Positions 54,161 through 64,000 of a DNA stretch of 64,000 bases are shown piece after piece. The stretch is from Octopus sinensis (lineage: Eukaryota), in NCBI RefSeq assembly GCF_006345805.1, contig NC_042999.1:161510001-161574000 (forward strand). The letters are read 5' to 3'. The notes beneath the pieces were generated by a model, which worked only from the letters and a program-made list of their open reading frames with translations, was not told the DNA's origin and did not search any database. The position numbers were made by a program, and so were the translations under genes. Each line of letters starts with the position of its first letter. The stretch's first letter is position 1.

Positions 54161-54542
54161 AACTCAGATATAGTTTAACTCAGAGTAAACAGCCAGTGAT
54201 GTTGCTGAAAAAGCTGTGTATAAAGTAGCTACAAGAAATGGAAGCAGCCTTTATAACAAATATTAGGTTGCACACCCAACTGAACTTACTCTATCACTGA
54301 CTGTTTATTCATTGCTAAACTGCATTAGTTCGATGGGTTTTCTATCTTGCATTCAGTGCTTGGGTGTCTGTTGCTGATGATTCGCAATTTACACTGAAAT
54401 CTCATGATGCAACAATCCTATCTGCCAGTGCTGATGAAGTTTTGTCAACCAATACAATCTATACTTTTTTAGACACCTAACTTCTATACAAGATGATTTC
54501 TCAGGACATTTACTGCAGGTTGCAACAGCCTTCACAACACAC

Positions 54543-55809
54543 TAGGTTGTCAAGAAAGTTCTTGTGGTTTTTTAACCTTTAAATTCAGATGCACATATCT
54601 CGGCTCAAACAAAACTTTATTAATCGAAATAAACACCATCAGAATCAACACACTTTTGCCAACACGAAACCAGTTTATTTATGCCTGTAGTATAAAAATC
54701 CTGCATTCTGGTGGTGATGAAGTCGTTGAAGGTATGCTTGGTATCGTCTTGGTTTTTGAAGCATTTCTCATGTAGGAAGTTGTCAAAATGCTTGAGAAAG
54801 TGGTAGTCGGTAGGTGAGAGGTCTGGTGAGTATGGCAGATGAGGCAGAGTTTCATAGTCCAATTCGTTCAACTTCTGAAAGGTCAGTTGTGCGACGTGCA
54901 GCCGAGCGTTGTCATGAAGAAGAATTGGTCCTTTTCTGTTGACCAATGCTGGCTGTTGTTGTCAGAGTTTCTTATGTATTTCATCCATTTGCTGACAGTA
55001 CTTCTCCATCGTAATGGTTTCGCCTGGATCCTAAAAGCCGAGATGGATGAGACCAGCCGCAGACCACCAAAGTCACCATGAACTTCTTTTGGTGCAATTT
55101 TGGCTCCGGGAAGTGCCATGGCGCTTCATCGGTGTCCAACCACTGAGCTGAGCATCATCAGTTGTCGTAAAGAATCCAGTCAAGAAACGGGTCGTTCTTG
55201 TTGTGTAAAAGAAAGGAAAATGACACTTCAAAACGGTGTTTTTTTTTTGTTTTTTTTTTGGTTGTCGTTCATTTCATGCAGCACCCATTTCTCAAGTATT
55301 TTTGTGTTTCCAATTTCTTTCAAGTGGTTGGAAATTGTCGTATACATTACGTCTAATTCAGAAGCAAGCTTTCGAACAGTTGTGCATGGACTGGTTTCCA
55401 CTAAGGCTCTTAGTTGATCGTTGTCAACATCTGATGGCCAACCACTATGCTTATCATCTTCAAGACTCTCATCACCGCTACGAAATTTCTTGAACCACCA
55501 TTGTGCTTTACGCTCATTAGTGGTTCCTGGGCCAAATGCATCATTGATATCACAAGCTGTTTCAGCAGCTTTTCGGCCTAGCTTGAACTGGAATAAGAAA
55601 ATTGTGCAAATTTGCTTTTTGTCCATGTGGTATTTAACATTCCGGAAAAAATGGCCTAATTATTCAAAAAGAAAAAGAGTAATACGATTAGATATAGTGA
55701 AAAACAGGCTTTAAAATGATATATAAAGTAATTTAACAAAAATCAATTTGAAAATACATCATTTAAAACCAAAATTTAAAATTCCGCAAGAACTTTCTTG
55801 ACAACCTAA
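54543..55809 (-). mobile_element. Mariner (DD34D) transposon, near full length, frameshifted transposase (55626..54620)
   Basis: TIRs taggttgtcaagaaagttcttg / caagaactttcttgacaacctaa; WFKKFRSGDESLED, WVLHEM, LLHDNARLH, PYSPDLSPTDYHF. Confidence 0.95.
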
Positions 55810-55824
55810 TAGATGTGCAAATTA

Positions 55825-55865
<41 letters not shown>

Positions 55866-56480
55866 CATGTACTGCATATTAGTTATGTGGTTTGTTATGT
55901 GAGCACATGTGCACACAGACACATACATACATATATAGAAATATTTTCATCATCTTCAATGCTTTTACATTTGTGTTTTCTATTGGCTTGGCTTGGATTT
56001 GATAGGACAAGACCTCTTGAGATAGTATTCTGTGGTTGGATACTCTATCCTTGTTTTCAAGTATGGTATTTTATTTCAATGGAACCACTGTGTGAGACAT
56101 TTTGCTTTTGTAAGACATAAACAAACCTTACCACTGTCCAAGTGGTGTCAATGCATCCCATTTTGCATCTGGTGGTACCATACAAGCACAGATCTGTTAG
56201 ATCTGCCAGATGGTTTAAATCCTCAACTGACACATTTTGTTGAGATATCTTCCTGAATGAAAGTCCATTGCCACATTTGTTAATATACCTTACTGTATTT
56301 CAAATATCATATAGATGAAATTATGACCATGTTATTATTCTGTATCATTATACATACTTAACTTTGTAGCTTTCAAGCATCTGATAAATAATTAGTTTTG
56401 TATCTTTTATATCAAAACTTATTTAGAAAAATGTTAAATTTCAGCTCTGTATTCAAATTTTTAACCAGAACTTATATATA

Positions 56481-56515
<35 letters not shown>

Positions 56516-56912
56516 CCATTTCAATATGTGACTGTGTGTGTATCGTTGGCGATTTTCTCTCTCCGTCTTCCCTTCTTTAGACTTTTTCTATATTTCTGAT
56601 GAAGAGCTCTGCTCAAAACGTGAAATCCACTTTCTTTTCTTTCCTTTCCTGAGCATCCAATAACACTGTACTTATTCCACGTCCTCGCGTTGTTGCTTTT
56701 TCTTGCTTGTTCATGTTTGGATTGACTATATACATGCATGCATACATACACTCACACACACACATACATACATGGTGTTGAACTCCTGATCATAAGATGG
56801 TGGTTTTGGGATTGGGCAATGTGTTGTGTTCTTGAGCAAAATATCTCATTTCATTCCGCTCAGCTGACAATAATGAATAATATTGCAATGGGCCAACATC
56901 CATCCAAGGTGG

Positions 56913-56962
<50 letters not shown>

Positions 56963-57189
56963 TTTATTTTAAGCAGCAGAAAATTCAACAAAAATCTGTT
57001 ACTCTGAGTTTCTCGTTGCCGTTCATCAGACAGTTTTTGCTAGAAAAAACTGTCTGATGAACGGCAACGAGAAACTCAGAGTAACAGATTTTTGTCTGCT
57101 GCTTAAAATAAAGCATATTACTCTACCACTGGTATTTGAGTACTCTTTTTTCCACCTTGTTTCACATTTATGTGTTTACTCCGGTGTAT

Positions 57190-57231
<42 letters not shown>

Positions 57232-57277
57232 ATATTATATATTATATATATATATATATATAATATATATATATATA

Positions 57278-58503
57278 CAGGGGATGGACAAAATAATAGA
57301 AACACCTTAAAATTTCAAACAATTTTATTTTAATATGGGTTAGGACTGCTTTGGCAGTAATTACAGCTTGAATTCTACAAGCTATGGACTCGTACAAAGT
57401 TTGAATGGTTTCCAAAGGAATTTTGGTCCATTCTTCAGCTAAAACAGTCTCCAATTCTTGTAGTGATGATGGTGGAGGATATCAACTCCTTGCTTGTTTT
57501 TCTAAAATGCACCATAAATGTTCAATAATATTGAGATCTGGGGATGGGATGGCCAGATAAAATGTTCAACTTCACTAGAATGTTCCTCGTGCCATTCAGT
57601 GACAAGTTTAGCTGTGTGAATTGGTACATTATCATCCTGAAAGATTGTGTTTCCCTCCGGAAACAGTTCCGTAACCATAGGATGAATTTGATAAGACAAA
57701 ATGCTTAAATAGTCTTGACTATTGATTCTGCCATGAAGGGAAACCATTGAGCCGGCGGATTTCCGAGATATAGCCCCCCCCCCCATCCTCACAGATCTTC
57801 CTTCATGTTTAACAGTTGGAAAAATGCATTCTGGATTGAATGCTTCTTTTGGCTGTCCCCACTTGGCTGGTGGTCAGAAATAAGGTAAAGGATGACTCGT
57901 TCGAGAAAATAACATTTTCCCACTGCTCTAGGGACCCATTCTGTAGGTTTTTATTCCACTCTAGGCGTTTTGCAATGTTTGTTTTTGAAAGTAGTGGTTT
58001 TCTGATTGCAGCCATTCCGTTTTTGTGGAAACTGGGTTCTCGAGGTGGTCATTAAGCTCTGCAGTAATTTTGGGAGCTGTACTTTTGTGATCCTTTCTAA
58101 CAATCTATGTAAGAGTCTGATGGTCCCTATCTGAAAGTTTTGGTTTTCTTCCAGAGTTTTTGTTTCAACAAGGAGGTTTTCCCCTCTTTCTCAAAGGCTG
58201 TCATTACTTTCAAGACAGTACTTCTTGATACACCAAACATTTCGACTGTTTTCGTTATGCTAGAGCCTGCCATCCGAGCGCCAACAATTTGACCTCTTTG
58301 AAAGTCCGAGAGATCTGTTATGTTAATGAATTTTAATTACCTTTTTCTGATGATATCTGAAAAGAAACAGCAATTTTAGTAAAATATATTAAGCAACACT
58401 AATAATAAATCAAAAAACATAAAAGTAAACAAGCTTTTGACAGGTTTTATAGATATTTCAAAATTATGATGCTAGGTGTTTACATTATTTTGTCTAACAC
58501 CTG
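57278..58503 (-). mobile_element. Tc1 (DD34E-type) transposon, full length but decayed
   Basis: TA-flanked TIRs caggggatggacaaaataatagaaacacc / ggtgtttacattattttgtctaacacctg; VIFSNESSF, IFQDDNVPIH, EEWTKIP. Confidence 0.93.
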
Positions 58504-59538
58504 TATATATATACAGACACACACACACATATGGCCCAGAATCTAGGAAACTAGCCTTATGAGCTTATGGCTCAAGAACAACCTTTGATTTTTTTATATA
58601 TATATACACAAACACAGAACCTCTTAGTTCAGAGAGAATGCTTATAAATAGAAAACCAATGTTTTTATCTCTCTTATACAAACTTAGTGACCTCAGTGTT
58701 GCATTAGCCAGACCAAGTTCACTTGGTACCTTATTTACTGTCAGTTGATGACCTCTACCATTCTTACATTATGTAACAGTGTGAGAAAATCAGGCTGAAG
58801 CAAATCTTTTAGATTTTTCTCCTTTTTCTCACCAGCATGAACGCCTCTAATACTACTTTGTTTACATCTGATAAAGAGAGTGAAATGGTGATGGTGGTGG
58901 TGGTGGGGTTGTTGACAAGTTGGGATAGTGATTGTTTGTTCTGGTATACATTCACAATGTCCAGCAATGAGGTCAATTGGGTGCATATACATTAGAGCAA
59001 AGCTTCTACCTTTCTGAATTGTGAATTCAATCACCTATATCCCTACCCTACATAACCACACCACTGTGTCTGTTCTTTATGCCTTATATTCTATACAGCT
59101 CTTCTGTTATTGATATACTGACTTTTGCTTTGTGCAGCTAAGTGTGTTTTCATTTTGTTCACAGTAACTGGTAACAGCTTGGTTGATTCATTACTTCATC
59201 ATCATCATCATCATCTACACCATTATCCTGATCATCTTCATCATGTACACAAACCAAACAAAAGAAAGCTGGAAATTAGTCTAAAATGCATAGAAATGTA
59301 CTATCGCTGTGTAGTTGTCCAACCCATGTCAGAGTAGACAACAATAAAACTAATTGGGGTGGTTGCAATTAGTGAGGAGAATAAAGATGTTAATGAAAAG
59401 TGAAGTTGGTAGCATTAAATAATAGTAAATTTTTAGAAATTCATAAGGAGTCTGAAACAATAATGGAAGACCTTAGTGCTAAAAGCTAACTCTGGATTAG
59501 CTTTTTATTTCTTACATTACTTAGCTTTATATTTCTTA

Positions 59539-59906
59539 CTAGCAGTATCACCCGGCGTTGCTCGGGTTTGTAAGGGAAATAACTATAAAGCATTTTTAGA
59601 GAGTTATAGCAAAAAAATGCATTAAAATGGAAAAAAATGATGGTAAATTTTTTTTAAATCGTTGACTCATCGTAGACATTTTTAGAGAGTTACTTCCCTT
59701 ATATAATAGCGAAAAAAATGCATTAAAATGGAAAAAAATGATGGTAAATTATTTTTAAAATCGTAGACTCATCGTAGACGCGCACTAATACCCAGAAGGG
59801 CTCGATATGAATCACGACTATAAACTGCACCGCAAAATGTGGGAGTAGTTAGGAATCTAAATCGTAGGAGACAGACAGCACACAACCTCACTTTTATATA
59901 TAAAGA
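59539..59906 (-). mobile_element. Non-autonomous Helitron
   Basis: A|TC..CTAG|T termini, subterminal GC-rich hairpin, internal tandem duplication of about 90 bp. Confidence 0.88.
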
Positions 59907-60164
59907 TTTCATCAGTGGGTGTTGTCAGCTTTGATGTAAGACAAGGGTGATATTATTAATGGTGGTTTCCATCAGTTGACCTTTAGGTAAGTTGATGTTA
60001 TTAGTATAAATAATCATCACCACAAAGAGGCTATAGCCTCTTTGTGGTGATGATTTTTTTTTTTTTTTTTTCACATAATAATGATCTGACAGAATAATGC
60101 TAATCTTCTTTCATGAATAAATTATAGCTAATTGGGTGTCAGCTGGGTTTCTTGTAAAACTTGT

Positions 60165-60339
60165 TTAGGCGCAGGAGTGGCTGTGTGGTAAGAAAGCTTG
60201 CTTACCAACCACATGGTTCTGGGTTCAGTCCCACTGCGTGGCACCTTGGGCAAGTGTCTTCTGCTATAGCCCCGGGCCGACCAATGCCTTGTGAGTGGAT
60301 TTGGTAGACGGAAACTGAAAGAAGCCTGTCGTATATATG

Positions 60340-60374
<35 letters not shown>

Positions 60375-61255
60375 TTGTGTTTGTCCCCCTAGCATTGCTT
60401 GACAACCAATGCTGGTGTGTTTACGTCCCCGTCACTTAGCGGTTCGGCAAAAGAGACTGATAGAATAAGTACTGGGCTTGCAAAGAATAAGTCCCGGGGT
60501 CAATTTGCTCGACTAAAGGCGGTGCTCCAGCATGGCCGCATCAAATGACTGAAACAAGTAAAAGAGTAAAGAGTACATGGTTATCCCCTTTTTTCAGTAC
60601 TGCTGCTGCTGCTATTAATTATTTTCACATCAGCATCACCACCATTCTTAATAATATCCTCTAACCAAAATACAGACACCTAGATATGCAATAATCACAG
60701 TTCAGAGCTGTTTGCTCTGAATTGTGATTCTTATCAGCTCCACCCAATCACATAACTACATATTTAACCGACCACACACAGCTAGGCACACATCATAATG
60801 CAGCTGACCCCTTTCTCTCTCTCACACACACATATCAAAATAACTGCAACTCTCTTTACTCTTTTACTCTTTTACTTGTTTCAGTCATTTGACTGCGGCC
60901 ATGCTGGAGCACCGCCTTTAGTCGAGCAAATCGACCCTGGGCCTTATTCTTTGTAAGCCCAGTACTTATTCTATCAGTCTCTTTTGCCAAACCGCTAAGT
61001 GACGGGGACGTGAACACACCAGCATCGGTTGTCAAGCAATGCTATGGGAACAAACACAGACACACAAACACACACGCATACACATATATATATACATATA
61101 TACGACAGGCTTCTTTCAGTTTCCGTCTACCAAATCCACTCACAAGGCATTGGTCGGCCTGGGGCTATAGCAGAAGACACTTGCCCAAGATGCCACGCAG
61201 TGTGACTGAACCCAGAGCCATGTGGTTGGTTAGCAAGCTACTTACCACACAGCCA
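60165..61255. mobile_element. Inverted pair of family-B SINEs (60165-60575 plus, 60855-61255 minus)
   Basis: Both match the consensus. Confidence 0.9.
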
Positions 61256-61874
61256 TATCATTTAATGTCCATCATTCATCCTGGCATGTGTGGACAGATT
61301 GGCAGGAGCTGGCAAGCCAGAGGACTACACGAAGCTCCACAGTCTGTTTGGCATGGTTTTTACAGCTGGATACCCTTCCTAATGCCAACCATTTTACATA
61401 TATATATTTATATATTTCATCATCATCATCATCGATTTAATGTCTACATGTCCATGCTAGCATGGGTCAGAGGAAACTTCATTCAAATTGAATTTTCTAT
61501 AGCTAGACATCTTTCCCAGTGCCACTCCTCACTGCTGGTTTCCTACTAAGGTAATAATCTTGCAGTGTGTCTTTTGTTAACACATCGAAAATGAGAGAAG
61601 ATATGCGCTCAAGTAATACACATACATATGTATGTGACCTTTTTGAGCAAAGCTGCTGAGATGCCTAGAAAAATATGTAAGGGGATGTCAATGAATGAAA
61701 ACAAAGAGAAAAGATAATCTGTTATCTTATGTAGGTTGTTTAATGATCCAATAATATTTTAGGCAAATTAAATGTTTTCAGACAGAAGAAAATAAGAGTT
61801 TGAAGAAATGTGTTGTTATCAGCAGGCCATTCTAGAGTGTTATGACAAAAGACAGGTATATGTAATGTGATTAA

Positions 61875-62276
61875 TCTTTATATATAAAAGTAAGGTTGTG
61901 TGCTGTCTATCTCCTACGATTTAGATTCCTAACTACTCCCACATTTTGCGGTGCAGTTTAACCAAAACCAGGTATCTTATAGTCGTGATTCATATCGAGC
62001 CCTTCTGGGTATTAGCGCGCGTCTACGATGAGTCTACGATTAAAAAAAAAAATTTACCATCAATTTTTCCCATTTTTAATGCATTTTTGGCATATATAAG
62101 GGAAGTAACTCTTGAAAAATGTATTATTAAATCTCAGAACGTAAAAAGCTACAGTAACACCCCCCCCCCGCTTTGTGGTTAGCCATATTGAGATGGCTAT
62201 TATACTTTACATCTCTAAAAATGCTTATATAGTTATTTCCCTTACAAACCTGAGCAACACCGGGCGATACTGCTAG
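61875..62276 (+). mobile_element. Non-autonomous Helitron (402 bp)
   Basis: A|TCTTTATATATAAAAG..CCTGAGCAACACCGGGCGATACTGCTAG|T. Confidence 0.9.
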
Positions 62277-62539
62277 TATTATATATAATACTAGTGTGAA
62301 CATGCTATCTTTAAGATGTTTTACATTGATTTGGTATCATATATTCCTATAGAGTATATGCATGAGTGTACACATGGTATGCATGTGGGAAGAACGCTGG
62401 CAAGACATGCAACACAAAGGAAGCATGGATGTCAGTAGTAGAAAATGTAAAATAGAGCTATAAGTTGTTAAAATAATGTGCATTTATAAAGCAATGAAAA
62501 ATTACTACCTAAATACTATCAATAAATTATATATACATA

Positions 62540-62930
62540 TAGGTGTAGGAGTGGCTGTGTGGTAAGTAGCTTGCTTACCAACCACATGGTCCCGGGTTCA
62601 GTCCCACTGCGTGGCACCTTGGGCAAGTGTCTTGTACTATAGCCTTGGGCCAACCAAAGCCTTGTGAGTGGATTTGGTAGACGGAAACTGAAAAAAGCTC
62701 TTCGTATATATGTATATATATATGTGTTTGTGTGTCTGTGTTTGTCCCACCAACATCGCTTGACAACCGATGCTGGTGTGTTTACATCCCCATAACTTAG
62801 CAGTTTGGCAAAAGAGACCGATAGAATAAGTACTGGGCTTAGAAAGAATAAATCCTGGGGTCGATTTGCTTGACTAAAAGGTGGTGCTCCAGCATGGCCA
62901 CAGTGAAATGACTGAAACAAGTAAAAGAGT
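62540..62930 (+). mobile_element. SINE family B
   Basis: Full-length match. Confidence 0.9.
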
Positions 62931-63909
62931 ATACATACTTTGATGAATTTTTACTACAATTTGTATTTGTTACTAAACACTATCATTGTAAACATCATTA
63001 TCCTATCTACATTTATGTGTAGTGAAAAATTGAGCCCATCTCATTCACATTATTGTCACCCTCTTAATGCAACCTGAACAAAAGAAGTGTATTATTTGTT
63101 TATATAAAACATGTCATTATGTAATCAAATATTATTAGATACTAAATGAAACTGAAGTGAAGTAAGCCATTATTTAGATATTTAATAGAAATATAATATT
63201 AATATTACTTATGTTAAAGCAATAGGCATACGTACACAAATGTGCCCCACTGACTTCGTTTCCTCATAACTTTCAGAAAAATGGATATATTCTAATGAAA
63301 TTTTCAACCAATATGCTTCAGATGATGAAATTCCAATTATATCAAAATTTGTCATGAAAAATTTTTTTGCAGCGGTATAGAGAGGAATTTCAGAGAATTC
63401 ACGAGTCAGTTTTGTTTTCCTCATAACTTTCAGAAGAATGGGTGTTTTAAAATGAAATGTTCTACAAATACCATTCAGAGTGTGTAAATTTCGGTTATAT
63501 AGGAATTTGAGGTGAAAAAAGAAATAGTGAGCACACGCACATACATATTGGTACACATTACAAGTTTTTTCAAACTTGAAGTTTCATGTGTGATGTGTGC
63601 CAGAATACATGTCGGCTATCTCACCAATTTTTTTCTTTTTTCATATTAAATTCCAATATAATCACAATGTACACACTCTGAAAGGTATTTGTTAAAAATT
63701 TTGTGGAAGTTATATGGAAATAAAGTCATGGTGGGGAGGGGCACACTTGTATTGTGTTATTTCATCAGGTTCTTCATGTTTTGATTTCAAATCCTGCTTA
63801 GGTCAACTTTGCTTTTCATTCTCTTAGGGTTGGGTTCTTGAGTAAGTGTTATCAACCAGTCCCTTCCACTTGAAAACTGCAAGCTTTGTACTTACATCAG
63901 AAACAATTA

Positions 63910-64000
63910 TTAACCCTTTCGTTACTGTATTTATTTTGAGGTGCTCTGTGTTTCTTTCAATTATTTTAACTATAACAAAGAATTTAGTAAAATAACTTAG
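63910..64000 (+). mobile_element. Possible piggyBac-type MITE left end
   Basis: TTAA|CCCTTTCGTTAC; the other end is outside the window. Confidence 0.45.

Overview
Eukaryotic, AT-rich, repeat-saturated DNA. The SINE families and microsatellite load point to an octopus (coleoid cephalopod) genome; this is inference. Almost every entry in the ORF track is microsatellite or transposon noise. Two host-gene pieces are supportable: a probable terminal coding exon of an unidentified minus-strand gene (2475-2576) and a coding exon of a C19orf25/UPF0449-like gene on the plus strand (39642-39765). The rest is layered mobile DNA: an R4/Dong-like LINE beside a (TAA)n tract, a split and partly inverted Penelope-like element, CRE-, RTE- and CR1/L2-type LINE remnants, three Tc1/mariner elements, Buster-type hAT elements, non-autonomous Helitrons and about 25 tRNA-type SINEs. 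Two things stand out. First, a type I hammerhead ribozyme motif with an intact catalytic core lies in the putative 3' UTR of the minus-strand gene, with AAUAAA inside its stem II and the predicted cut 17 nt further on; several decayed hammerheads occur elsewhere. Second, there is a dense set of locally templated insertions and fold-back palindromes. All coordinates and alignments were read by eye and repeat boundaries are approximate.
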